Source: Octopus bimaculoides
Lineage: Eukaryota
Direction of reading: 5' to 3'
Assembly: GCF_001194135.2 (NCBI RefSeq)
Contig: NC_068995.1
Coordinates: 11,497,885-11,537,131 of the forward strand
DNA: 39,247 nucleotides
A program made the translations under genes and the position numbers. Numbering within the stretch: the first letter of the stretch is position 1; each line of letters opens with the position of its first letter. Positions 1 to 11,100 of the stretch are shown in pieces. Under the pieces are notes generated by a model. The model was not told the origin of the DNA. It did no database searches and saw only the letters and a program-made list of their open reading frames with translations.

Positions 1-132
1 TTGTCCATGTTCTTTTGCAACGTCATGTACCCAGATATGTATCTATATGTACATGTAGATGAAGGTATGTACATACATGTACATATATATGCATATACTC
101 GTATATTGTTTGTATATATATATATATATATT

Positions 133-201
<69 letters not shown>

Positions 202-202
202 A

Positions 203-385
203 TGTATTGATCTCAGAACTTGCTAGAAATTACAGAGATAATACTCCCTCAATTCACAACTACATTCTTCAAAATGAAGCAAAACAAGACATAAGGGCAA
301 GAAAAGAAGAGAGAAAAAGCCTGATTTTAATACTCGGAAGCATAAACTTGCTCAGGCAGGGTGGATTTAGAAACAACAATAACAA
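203..385 (+). mobile_element. 3' part of an (AAC)n-tailed SINE (TGCTAGAAATAGCAGCC core family)
   Basis: TGCTAGAAAT...CTCCCTCAATTCAC...GGCAGGG...AAACAACAATAACAAC. Related segments at about 3265-3430, 3535-3570, 18420-18505 and 25853-26057. Confidence 0.6.
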
Positions 386-1479
386 CACAGGCTATGAAAC
401 CACGGTTTATGTATATATATATATAGATATTCGTTAGATTCATCCCGACCGATGACGGAATTTTCATAGGAAAATAATAACTGACTTATGCTGGCAAATG
501 TACGTGTATGTATATATGAATATGTGCGTGTGAGTGTTTTTCCGTTGGTTATACATGTACGTATTTAGTTTTTGTTTTCGTGTTTGCTTTTATTTTTTGT
601 ATTATTTTCGTAGTCATTTTAGCCTACCAACATATAATTCAATATTGCGATACTATGTTTGTTCATTGTGCCGTTAATATGGATTTAATTCGACAAACAA
701 TTATACAATAATAAAGAGTCTATGATGGGGAAAAAAAAATAATAATAATAACCCAGTAACATCACGTCTAACAGATATCGACTTCTCTCTTGAGCATGTA
801 CTTTCATCCCGAACACATATGTTTTAAAATTGATGAATTTCAAGACTACGTTGCGTGATCACAGAAATCCGAATGACTGCTGGCAAAAGGGCTTAAGCAT
901 GCGTTACTTACTTCTGTACGTATTTACTATTAAATTGTTCACATCAATAATTGGGTTTTGCCATCATCAGAAATACATTTTTCTTAAGCATATCCTCGGA
1001 AACTATTCAATATGGAGAAGGCTGATGATGATGATGAAGATGATGATGATGATGAAGATGATTATGATGATGATGATGAGGAGGAGGAGGAGGGTGAATA
1101 GTGGTGATGATGATGGCAGTGGTGGTGTTGGTGGTAGTGGTGGAACGAAGATATAATAATATCTGAAACCATTAAGATTTAATGAAGCATTGAGTGCACG
1201 GGCATTAATCACCTACAGCTAGAATAACTGTATAGAATCAACTCCCACCATCACCACCACCACCACCTGCACCACCAGCAACAGCACAGACACAACCACC
1301 ACCGTCACCACCACTGTTCACTGTCGTTAGTGTTGATACGATGCATGAAAATGAAATGCAGCGTAATAGGGCTGTAAACTGTAGCGACTGTGCGAAAGGA
1401 AGGCTAAAACTTCAAGGGATATTTTCTTTGCCACATGAATGTTTCATGCAGCTGGTCAGGTTCACACACATCGATGCAT

Positions 1480-2285
1480 TGGTAGAGGCCATGGAGCGTC
1501 GGACAGAACACTTCGTGGTACTCGGGCTGACGTCTTTGCACTATGAGTTCAAATCCCGCACTCGAGATTTCATCGTTCATTCTTTCATCGTCCGAGAGTA
1601 GGTAAAACACAGCTTCAAAGTAGAGCATCGACGGAACTGTGACGCCATCGGACCGGATGCCTTACGGTATTTGCTTCGCCCTTCTGCGTTCCAAGTTCAC
1701 ATCTCACCGGAGCTTACTTGTATTGTAGGCCTTAAAACTCGCTCGATTTAACATCACTGCCTGGTGCTTAGGGTCCACCTTGATATAAGATTTCGAACCA
1801 CTTTCCAGTTTGACGATACGTTCCTCTCTCTTTCTTGGACGAACTGCAACGGATCATGAGCGCAGCCTTTCTCACCTTGCTCAAGTAAAAAGAAAGGTTA
1901 CCTTCTCGAGGCATGCTGACTCATAAGGGCAGATTTCCCGGTTTCATGGCGTAAGAATTCCCCACCTGGACGAGACGCTAGTCCATCGCAGCGTTGTTCC
2001 TTATTTCCACTCACAAGGGTATAATAGAAGACACTTGCCCACGTAGTGGAACTGAACCCGGGGCCATGTGGTTGGAAAGCAAGCTACTTACCGTACAGTG
2101 GATATTCCACCGGTGTTGACAAAGAGTCCTTAACTCCTTATCCAGACTATTGAATTCCTACTCTGCAATTTAGCATGTAAGTGGCTGAGTATTCCCAATC
2201 ACACATATATCCCATAATGTATTTCGCATATCGAATGAGCGCGACACAATCAGTGATTAGCATGACATGATTTGAACTACACGGG
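1480..2285. mobile_element. Cluster of eroded SINE fragments from several families
   Basis: Plus heads at about 1480-1735; minus Meta-like 3' half at about 1890-1997 (CCCGGTTTCATGGCG...CTGGACGAGACGCTAGTCCATCGCAGC); minus tRNA-like head at 2021-2097; middle part of the 10711-11100 family at about 2165-2285. Confidence 0.65.
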
Positions 2286-2301
2286 AAAAAGAAGCATTAA
2301 C

Positions 2302-2445
2302 ACCAGTTCTGTTTATCGATCGATTCAACAATGAAAATGAAGTTGACTTCGGTGCGATTTGAACTCAAAAGGCATGAGAATCGCATCATATACAGTAAGG
2401 CACTCTACCCAAAGGATCTTAACGACTCTACCAATTCGCCGCCTT
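2302..2445 (-). mobile_element. Degenerate SINE, same family as 3807-4012
   Basis: TTTATCGA...GTTGACTTCGGTGCGATTTGAACTC...AACGACTCTACCAATTCGCCGCCTT aligns with 26690-26856. Confidence 0.75.
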
Positions 2446-3264
2446 GCATATTGTTAGAGACTTTGTTTATGAAGTTTCTTACTCATTCCAGCAATTTAGA
2501 AGGTTTATTTTTTTTCTTTCAGTATTCAAAATCTTTTGAATAGTTCGTTACAGTCAATTGTATAGACAACACTGTAGATTCCTTGTAAATATTCCATTGA
2601 AAGGGCTGAAAGGCGAAATCAATCCCGAAGGAATTTCTTTTGCTAAAAATTATTGAAAGAAGAAATAAAAAAAACAAAACAATTTGATATATCAGAACAT
2701 TTATTTCGTTTCGTTTTTGCATTGTTACACTCAATTCCCTACCCTGCTCTCTCTNNNNNNNNNNNNNNNNNNNNNNNNNNNNNNNNNNNNNNNNNNNNNN
2801 NNNNNNNNNNNNNNNNNNNNNNNNNNNNNNNNNNNNNNNNNNNNNNNNNNNNNNNNNNNNNNNNNNNNNNNNNNNNNNNNNNNNNNNNNNNNNNNNNNNN
2901 NNNNNNNNNNNNNNNNNNNNNNNNNNNNNNNNNNNNNNNNNNNNNNNNNNNNNNNNNNNNNNATATATATGCATAGATATCTATAAACACATACACATAT
3001 ATATATCAACAATATCTTAATATGTATACATTATATATTTTTATATATTATTACGTGTAAGTGAGTGTGTATGTATGTGTACATATGCATAAAGCTGATA
3101 TGGAAGAATTATATACGCTCGTATCTATATTTGTGTACATGTATATATTTACAAATGCATAAGTATGTATGCATTTGTGTATATATGGATATATCTCTCC
3201 CACCTCTCTCTCTCACACACACACTTTCTCTCTCCTTTGTGTAACAAGCTAAGATTGTCCCTGT

Positions 3265-3430
3265 GGATGTTATTCGACCTTGTAGAAACGACAGCTAAAC
3301 CCACCACAATTCACACCCTATGATCTAAAAGGAACGGACAACACATTGGATATTGTATTCCTAGATACACTGTGCCCTAAAATAAAATGGGATGGTCACT
3401 TCTGGAATGACTATTCTCATAGTTCTAAGA
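3265..3430 (+). mobile_element. Degenerate copy of the same SINE core
   Basis: GATGTTATTCGACCTTGTAGAAACGACAGCTAAA...CACATTGGATATTGTATTCCTAGATACAC...ATGGGATGGTCACTTCTGGAATG. Confidence 0.55.
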
Positions 3431-3644
3431 AACTAGACATCACCACTACTACAATCATCAACAGCAACAATACACTGCAGGGCATGATGCCACAGAGCGA
3501 TATTACGAACAAGCTGAAATAACGAGCCTGTTGCGCTGTTTGCTAGAAATAGCGGCTGAATCTCCACGTCTTCCATTTCATTGAATTGTTGCAAGCATAG
3601 AAGCGAACATATGCACATAATGTATATCGTGGACGCATACCTGC

Positions 3645-3765
3645 CTGCCTACCTAACTACCTACCTCCCTCCCTACCTACCTACCTACCTACCTAACTAA
3701 CTACCTACCTACCCACCTACCTATCTACCTACCTATCTACCTACCTACCTATCTACCTACCTACA
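3645..3765. repeat. (CTAC)n tetranucleotide microsatellite
   Basis: CTACCTACCTAC... read directly. Confidence 0.95.
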
Positions 3766-3806
3766 CACACAAACACACACATATACTTAAATATAAATAT
3801 AAATAA

Positions 3807-4012
3807 AGTGGTGAGATGGCAGCATTGTTAGCACGCAGGGCGAAATGCTTAGCGATATTTCGTCTGCCGCTACGTTCTGGGTTCAAGTTCCGTCGAGGTC
3901 GACTTTCATCATTTCGGTGTCGATAAATTAAGTACTAGTGAAATATTGGGGTCGATGCCATCGCCTATTAACCTCCCCACAATTTTCAGGCCTTCCGTCT
4001 GGATTGGAAAGG
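3807..4012 (+). mobile_element. SINE (Deu/Nin-like central domain family)
   Basis: GTTAGCACGCAGGGCGAAATGCTTAGCGATATTTCGTC...GGGTTCAAGTTCCGTCGAGGTCGACTTT...GTCGATAAATTAAGTAC is collinear with the reverse complement of 26625-26856. Confidence 0.85.
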
Positions 4013-4042
4013 ATAAGTTATATATAAATGTGTGTGTGTGTT

Positions 4043-4073
<31 letters not shown>

Positions 4074-4259
4074 GAGGTCACAAAAGCGTGACGAAAGAAC
4101 TTTGGCCGAAATACAGTTAATATAAAATAGAGTTGAAGTAAGTGAATACCAAATATATAGTGCGTGTGTTTTCATTGTCTACACTGGCAATATGACCGTT
4201 CCCAAATGCAACAATATGTGTGTGTGTGTGTGGGTGTGTGTGTGTGTATACGTTATTCA

Positions 4260-4430
4260 TTTCTACTACAGGGACAGATCGTGGAATTTTGTGAGGTGGG
4301 GCTAATCGATTACATTCGATCACAATGTTCAACTGGTACTTATTTTATTGACCACGATAGGATGAAGAACAAAATCGACCTCGGTCACAGGTGAACTCAA
4401 ACAGTCAAGGATACATTTATATTTACTTCA
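4260..4430 (-). mobile_element. Degenerate SINE (Deu/Nin-like family)
   Basis: CTGGTACTTATTTTATTGACCACGATAGGATGAAGAACAAAATCGACCTCGG matches 26717-26770. Confidence 0.7.
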
Positions 4431-4539
4431 TGGTGGAAATAGAAGCGGGGCTTGAACTTAGCATCCGGTCGTTTAATCAGAGCGGGACATGGGCTAAGAA
4501 AAAAAGAAATCTAAGAATTACACGCCACGATGTAGACGG

Positions 4540-4582
4540 CGACTATGATGATATCAACAGCAACGTCGTCATCATCATCATC

Positions 4583-4614
<32 letters not shown>

Positions 4615-4690
4615 CATCATCATCGTGTACAATCACATCAACAACAACAACCAGAACAGCAACAGCAGTAGTCGTAACAGCAGCAACAAG
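4540..4690. repeat. (CAT)n/(CAA)n/(CAG)n compound trinucleotide repeat
   Basis: Read directly. Similar arrays at 1022-1145, 1250-1315, 4803-4853 and 28400-28490. Confidence 0.93.
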
Positions 4691-5244
4691 CGACATCTAT
4701 AATGATATGTTAGTTCTCATCATAAAAGCGTGGAAAAACAAGTAACATGACACTCACTACTTCTTTTAATTTACAATTTCAGCGAAGAATATATAAAACG
4801 AAGTTGCTGCTGCTGCTGCTGCTACTGCTGCTACCGTTCTTGTTGTTGTTGTTTTTACTCTGGCTAGACTTAATCAGGCCTCCCTATAATCGAAGTCGTT
4901 CAATGTTTGACCCCCCCCCACTCCTTGCGCTTCGTCTTTCTATGGCTTTTTGCAAGAGTTTTTCAGAACAAGATACTACGCCATACACGACAAAATATAC
5001 TTCTATTACATAATGTATTTTCATAAATAGTAAAAACTTTGTGATGGAGATTTAATAAATATTGTAATATGAAACAAATTCGAAATACGTATCTAAGTGT
5101 CACATTATCAAGAGAACAAACTCTATTACATTCTTTAAAAAATTGTTTCTACTCACATCAACTGTACAGAAAAAATCTAGATAAACATGATACAAGGTAA
5201 GAAAATCTTCTTCGCCACGTTACAACGTATGTAAAAATTATGCG

Positions 5245-5291
<47 letters not shown>

Positions 5292-5308
5292 ATACATACA
5301 CGTCTTAC

Positions 5309-5488
5309 TCATTGTCCTGAGGTAAAATGCAGATGTCTCATCTCGAACGCCACCGTCTGTAGCTACAGCATCGGTTAACAACCGATAAGTAATCCTTGTG
5401 GTGAAGATTGTAATTGTATCTATTTGGTTGATGGTTTCTGTTGTTACTTTAATTAAGATTGCTCTATCATTCAAACCGCCATGTTGGA
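5309..5488 (-). CDS. Candidate internal coding exon, phase 1-1, 180 bp, product unknown
   Basis: Acceptor TATTTGTCTTCACAG, donor GA|GTAAGA, open frame QHGGLNDRAILIKVTTETINQIDTITIFTTRITYRLLTDAVATDGGVRDETSAFYLRTM with an in-frame stop shortly upstream of the acceptor. No homolog recognised. Confidence 0.38.
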
Positions 5489-5725
5489 CTGTGAAGACAA
5501 ATACCCTTTAATTCAAAATGGCGCCAGCTCTACACTGTTTCAGTGTTTCAAGTAAGACATATAAGCCACACGTAATGACTGGTAATTCACACCTAATAAT
5601 AATATACATACATACATACATACATACATACACACACACATACATATACATATGCGTAGATAAATGCATACATAAACACACTCATATATAAGTATATGTA
5701 TACCCATATATGAGTACATGTATAT

Positions 5726-5784
<59 letters not shown>

Positions 5785-6912
5785 TTGTTTAAAAGAGTTC
5801 CAACACTGTCTGTTTTTTATGTTTTATTTATATTCCTGCAGAACTAATGTGGGGTATAGAATATGGAATATACAATATATAATATAATATACAATATGCA
5901 ATATAAAATAAAATAAAATAAAAATGGATGGCACCATGAAAGAAAGTATTGAATGTAGATGAAATATTGAGTGTTCAATATAAAGGATCAAATATATAAA
6001 TATATAAATATAAATATATATATATAAAGGCGACTCGAGTTTCAGGGCTATTTCCCTTCGTCATGGCCGGAATGACAGACTTTAACAGACTGTAATAAGT
6101 TGGCTGGTTTTCTGTCTTTTATACCAATTCCTTTGGACGGCAGTAGTAGGTGTTTGGCTATATATATATACGTATGTTCATATATATATATTTACACGTA
6201 TGTCTGTATGTACGTCTACATATATATGTCTGTGTGTGCCTCACTGTGTGTCTGTCTGTCTGTCTGCTTGTATGTGTGTGCGCATGTGTGGATTTCCGAA
6301 CTAAATACACTTGTCTGGATTTTCTTCCCACGCAGCGCGGCGATGACGAGTACGAAACAAAACCACGAGTTCACCATAAATTACGACACACAACCATACC
6401 CAATGTCCGTGTACATTAGACATTTCCAAAGAACGAATATTAAAACTAGAATAAAAGAAAAAGACAGAGAGGGTGTAATATTACATGACTTCATTTCAAG
6501 ACAAGTTTTCATACCGTGAATACGGTTCTTGGAGCATTTTTGAAAACAATAGTTTGTAATTATTCTTTATTAAGGTTCGCAGACGATAGTACTAAACCCG
6601 TCAATCATATATGAAGTATTAATTTGTGGAGGACAAACGTTCTTTGTGTGTAACTATTTCAGAATGTTTTTGTTTTTAATTGCTTAATATAATTCTATTC
6701 GAAAATTCCATCAAGAAAATGGAACATGGTAAAGCTATTTATATAAAACCGAGAGAATGAAAAAGGGGAGGAAAGATAGAAACACATGAAGATGGATGGA
6801 AATCTATTAACAGTTATGATATGGTGTAAAGCTGGTAAGCGAATATGTACGTCAGATTGGTCGCGTCTGTATAGAGATATGTAAATACAGAAATGTATAT
6901 GTATATGTATGT

Positions 6913-7168
6913 GTGGAGGCGCGTGGCTTAGTGGTTAGGGTGTCAGTGTCATGATCGTAACATTGTGGTTTCGATTCCTGGACCGGGCGACGCTTTGTGT
7001 TTTTGAGCAAAACACTTCATTTCTCGTTGTTCCAGTCTACTCACCGGGCGAAAATGAATAATGCTGCGACGGACTGGCGTCCCGTCCAGCTGGGGGAAAC
7101 ACATGCGCCATTAAAATCGGGAAACCGGGCCCATGAGCCTGGCTAGGCTTTAAAAGGGCGCGTTTATT
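6913..7168 (+). mobile_element. tRNA-derived SINE with Meta/V-SINE-like central domain
   Basis: A box TGGCTTAGTGG, B box GGTTTCGATTCC, central GCTGCGACGGACTGGCGTCCCGTCCAG...GGGAAACCGGGCCC, TTTATT tail. Confidence 0.85.
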
Positions 7169-7592
7169 AATTTTTTATTTTACATGCATGTACATAGAGA
7201 TGCGTTTCTATGTATCGACGCTTTGAAAATTTAATTTAACATTCAACTGAGAGATTACTTGATATGTTTTAGTGGAGTACATGTTTAAATATTTTGCTTC
7301 GGAATTGCGAGACAAATACCTGGGTGTAGGACTCAATATACAGGTGCTTCAGAACGGAGTTGTTTTTGCTGAGTATAAAGCAGTAACAGGAAAGAGAGAT
7401 GACAAAGGAATACATGATTATCTTATGAACTTCAATATTGAAATTTTGCAAAGAGAACGCTGACAGTCAGAGAACTCCCTCGACTGTTCCTTTCCAATCT
7501 ACAGGGATATGCTCAGAATAGAGTCAAGGGTCATTTACTCTAAACATTTCTGTCACAGTCACCCGTGTTTTCAAAAATTCACTAGGAAGTAC

Positions 7593-7699
7593 CTCTTTCG
7601 TCTTCACCTTCCTTTTCATTTCCAAGCGCTTCACGGAATCGGTGAGGGTCTTTCTCTGTTATTTCCTCGTTCATCGCAAAATCTCTTTCGCCATAGTTA
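7593..7699 (-). CDS. Candidate exon, phase 2-1, acidic peptide
   Basis: Acceptor GTGCCTCTGTCTAG, donor AG|GTACTT, frame NYGERDFAMNEEITEKDPHRFREALGNEKEGEDER. The phase-1 end is compatible with exon 5309-5488. Confidence 0.2.
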
Positions 7700-7799
7700 C
7701 TAGACAGAGGCACATCGCCTGTCCTGCCTTGTGGTTGGTGGAGCGATCCTCAGGATGGATTCAGACAATAGTCGGATTCATCTCACACGCAATAACAGT

Positions 7800-8035
7800 T
7801 GTTAGTTATTACTCCACACGTCAGTAATAATCGAACACTGCTCGAGTGCAGGCAAAAGGGTTTTTATCGTGCAGCGCTCATCTCGGAGCGTCCCGCCTGG
7901 TGGCGCTATCGTGCCACCACATGGCCGATAGTCTACGATGTAGGCTCCAAACTCTGAATCTTTGCATTGCAAAACTTACTCCATTAAGACTGTGCTAAGC
8001 TTCCGTCAACGACCGAGCGTGCGACTGCGCACAGA
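7800..8035. promoter_or_regulatory. CpG-rich unique segment with a CTCF-like motif; possible promoter or insulator
   Basis: Many CpGs against an AT-rich background; CCGCCTGGTGGCGCTA at 7893-7908 is about one mismatch from the CTCF core CCGCCAGGTGGCGCTA. Confidence 0.3.
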
Positions 8036-8060
8036 CACCCATATAAATATATACTCAAAT

Positions 8061-8091
<31 letters not shown>

Positions 8092-8169
8092 CACGTACAC
8101 AAACACACGCAAACACATAGAAGCAAGTAAATAAATAAACAGTTACACATATTATACTGGTGTGTGTTT

Positions 8170-8225
8170 GAGTGTGATCTGTGTGTATATGTATGTGTGT
8201 GTGTGTTTGTGTGTATATATGTGTG

Positions 8226-8280
<55 letters not shown>

Positions 8281-8425
8281 ATGTAAATCTATCTATGTAT
8301 ATGTACCTATACATATATATACGTATATTTACATATGCATTTATATACACATACATATATATTGTATGTACATATGTATGTATATGTGTATGTGTGCATA
8401 TATACACACACATATATATATGTCA

Positions 8426-8519
<94 letters not shown>

Positions 8520-8570
8520 ATATATGCACACATAAACATATACATATATATGTACATACATGTGTTTTTT
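8170..8570. repeat. (AT)n/(GT)n compound microsatellite field
   Basis: Read directly. Similar fields at 110-200, 5600-5780, 9265-9430, 12280-12470, 15745-16085, 22020-22200, 22360-22705, 29300-29450, 31750-31895 and 38450-38650. Confidence 0.95.
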
Positions 8571-9263
8571 TGCGTGTGATTTCTTCTCGGTTTGTGTGTA
8601 TGTATGCGCTGTCTCTATTTAGTATGTCTGTGTATATGTGGCACAAGTATGCATGCGTCAACGCTCTGATTTGAGTGCATATATCTGTGTATTTACTGAT
8701 ACATTCAGAACTTCCTTTCCAAAGAATTATATATGCATGAAGTAGCTAAAATCTAATTGAAAAAAAAAAAACCCAAACAAAAACAAACAAACAATCAAAC
8801 AAACAAACATATAAACAAATCATTAAGGAAAGAAACAAACAAAAAAACCAACTAATCCTCCGCAAAGCAAAATAAATAACAACAAAAAATTAATTAATTA
8901 ACATAAAAACCGAGTTACAAATGAAATTCATTCAAACCTGCTGAGTAAACTTTGAGTGTTATATTACAAAATGTCTGCTCGCTTTTTCATTTATATATTT
9001 ATTTGTTTATCTATATATTTATTTTATTCGTTTGTTACGAGTGTACGATGCACACATTAGAGGTACTTTCCATTTGGGCGAATTGAACAATCTTTCACGC
9101 CCATCATTCATTATAACACCTCTTAATTAAATGACTAAAATATCTGAGTAGATTTGTTGTTATTTATTAAGATTACAATTTTTCGCACTATTAAACTTCA
9201 TTTTAAGATTGTATATTTAATACATATACAGACACACAAACACAGAACCACATATGTGTGTAC

Positions 9264-9308
<45 letters not shown>

Positions 9309-9382
9309 TAGATAGATATAGATATATATGCGAGTGTGTATACAAAGATATACGTATTTTACAGATGTTGCATATGTTTATC

Positions 9383-9433
<51 letters not shown>

Positions 9434-9479
9434 GTATGTCTGTCTGTCTGTATGTCTCTTTCTCTTTACACACACATAC

Positions 9480-9670
9480 ATTCATTCTTTATTCTTTTCC
9501 TTGCTTTAATCATTGGAGAGCAGCCATGCTGGAAGCAATGCATTGAAATGTTTCGTCAAAGTAAGCGACCTATACCCATTTTTTTAACAGGGTTGCCTTT
9601 ATTCTATCGAATTTCTATTTTACTGGGTCATAAACAAACCAGCGTCGGTTGTGAAGTGTTGTTGGTACAA
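9480..9670 (-). mobile_element. Degenerate SINE 3' region
   Basis: CTTGCTTTAATCATTGGAGAGCAGCCATGCTGGAAGC...CATAAACAAACCAGCGTCGGTTGTGAAG resembles 26860-27020. Confidence 0.55.
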
Positions 9671-10475
9671 GCACAAATGACAGATATATTCATATACACA
9701 TACCCACACATAGACATACACGAACACACACACTTACATACTAACTTTTATAAGGAAAAGTGTGACAGTAACTTCGAAGTTTTAGCAGACTATGATTTAC
9801 TGCGGTTCTTTCTAGCCTTGTATTATCTTTACTTAGTCTTTGGCGACTCATTTAAGTGTTGGACTAATGTCAATGGTAAGTAGATGATAGATGAAATACT
9901 TATGCTGGAAAGGTGAGATCTGTGAGGGCTAGGAGGACAAGATGTGTTTGAAGAGAGTGAATTGATAGAAAGATATTGTGAAGGGATTTATTTTGGTTAG
10001 TTATAGAACTTGTGTTACCGTTTATGTATGAGTCAGTCGTGGAAGTATAGGAGTAACAGATTCTTCACATTGAGGTCACGATATTCTTTTAATATAAGTT
10101 TGTATATTGGAGTATTTTTAATGTTTACCACAAAAGCAATCCATATATAGAAATAATTCATTGTATTTTACTGAAGATGAGTCTCCCTTTCGAGCGTCAC
10201 TGCCTTGTCCTTATCGATTTGGCGATTTCACTCTGATCAATATTTCGTCAAGTACAAAATCAATTAATGGGAGTACACTTATATAATGCAGTCGCATTGC
10301 CTGCGCTAATTTGATCAACCATCAGACAAGTAGCAAAGTTGACGTAACCAAGATGCTGGAAACGGAACGTGGAAGTGTGTGAAAATAATGTGGAAATGTA
10401 GGAAACTAAATACATGAATGCATTATGACTGGCGCCGTGTGTATTTCCAATGTCTACTAACATCACATCGTATAT

Positions 10476-10601
10476 CAGTGTGTCGGCAAAAGAATGAGAC
10501 AGAATAGTTAACGAGAGAGTCTTCAAAATAGGGGCTCCCATAAGTTTTCGTCTTATTTAATCACTGAAAACTTTTTGAAAGTAAGTTTAGCCCACCCTGT
10601 A
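10476..10601. mobile_element. Probable Tc1/mariner terminal remnant or small MITE
   Basis: Right end ...GTTTAGCCCACCCTG|TA (reverse complement TACAGGGTGGGC), weak left end CAGTGTGTCGGC. A similar TA|CGGGGTG start occurs at 14012. Confidence 0.35.
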
Positions 10602-10710
10602 TAGGTTGTTATTATGCGTAGAGGTAACAATACAGAAACAACCGACAAGGGAGATTTAGAATAATGTTTTCGAACATTATTATTTTAAGTTCAAATCATG
10701 ACAACAATGT

Positions 10711-11100
10711 TGTTGTTGTTGGCACTCCGTCGCTTACGACGTCGAGGGTTCCAGTTGATCCGATCAACGGAACAGCCTGCTCGTGAAATTAACGTGCAAG
10801 TGGCTGAGCACTCCACAGACACGGGCACTCTTCACGTAGTTCTCGGGGATATTCAGCGTGACACAGTGTGACAAGGCTGACCCCTTTGAATTACAGGGAC
10901 AACAGAAACAGGAAGTAAGAGTGAGAGGAAGTTTTGGTGGAAGAGTACAGCAGGGCTCGCCACCATCCCCTGCCGGAGCCTCGTGGAGCTTTAGGTGTTT
11001 TCGCTCAATAAACACTCACAACGTCCGGTCTGGGAATCGAAACCGCGATCCTATGACCGCGAGTCCGCTGCCCTAACCACTGGGCTATTGCGCCTCCACT
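10711..11100 (-). mobile_element. Young full-length tRNA-derived SINE with (AAC)n tail and 12-bp TSD
   Basis: Minus strand starts AGTGGAGGCGCAATAGCCCAGTGG (A box), B box GGTTTCGATTCCC, ends ...GTGCCAACAACAACAAC. TGACAACAATGT is duplicated at 10699-10710 and 11101-11112. Confidence 0.92.

Noticed and set aside
4784-4870. Cysteine-string-like frame EEYIKRSCCCCCCYCCYRSCCCCFYSG*
   Set aside because: Derived from (TGC)n/(TGT)n repeats; no J-domain or other CSP context.
4884-5024. 46-aa minus sORF MKIHYVIEVYFVVYGVVSCSEKLLQKAIERRSARSGGGSNIERLRL with an RR site, superficially like a neuropeptide precursor
   Set aside because: Weak signal peptide (internal Glu), no amidation signal or repeated peptides, and a length expected by chance.
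5340-5395. ITYRL...VATDGG cadherin-like words suggesting a protocadherin
   Set aside because: No DxNDN, PxF or LDRE motifs and no multi-kb ectodomain exon, which protocadherins require.
6913-6985. tRNA-like sequences with A and B boxes (also 11025-11100, 27095-27180)
   Set aside because: SINE heads: they continue into family-specific bodies and tails and lack a proper acceptor stem.
7267-7463. Plus frame EYMFKYFASELRDKYLGVGLNIQVLQNGVV... faintly like the post-catalytic segment of SDR/HSD17B12 enzymes
   Set aside because: Lacks the conserved PGxV proline and has no YxxxK or other SDR exon nearby; similarity too weak.
7505-7641. Plus-strand pseudo-exon with a strong acceptor and G|GTGAGG donor that chains in phase with 5481-5551 and 13055 onward
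   Set aside because: The joined peptide is His/Phe-rich and random-looking; the acceptor is probably the shadow of a purine-rich minus strand. Cannot be excluded as a non-coding exon.
8006-8674. Many long ORFs rich in [12 protein letters not shown] (also 12000-12600, 14400-16100, 17400-18200, 22200-23400)
   Set aside because: Translations of (AT)n, (GT)n and (CT)n microsatellites or N-runs, which lack stops by construction.
9850-10090. Possible CR1/L2-type LINE 3' remnant on the minus strand
   Set aside because: No translatable RT motif recovered; resemblance is compositional only.
10858-11076. 72-aa and 83-aa GC-rich ORFs
   Set aside because: Lie wholly within the young SINE.
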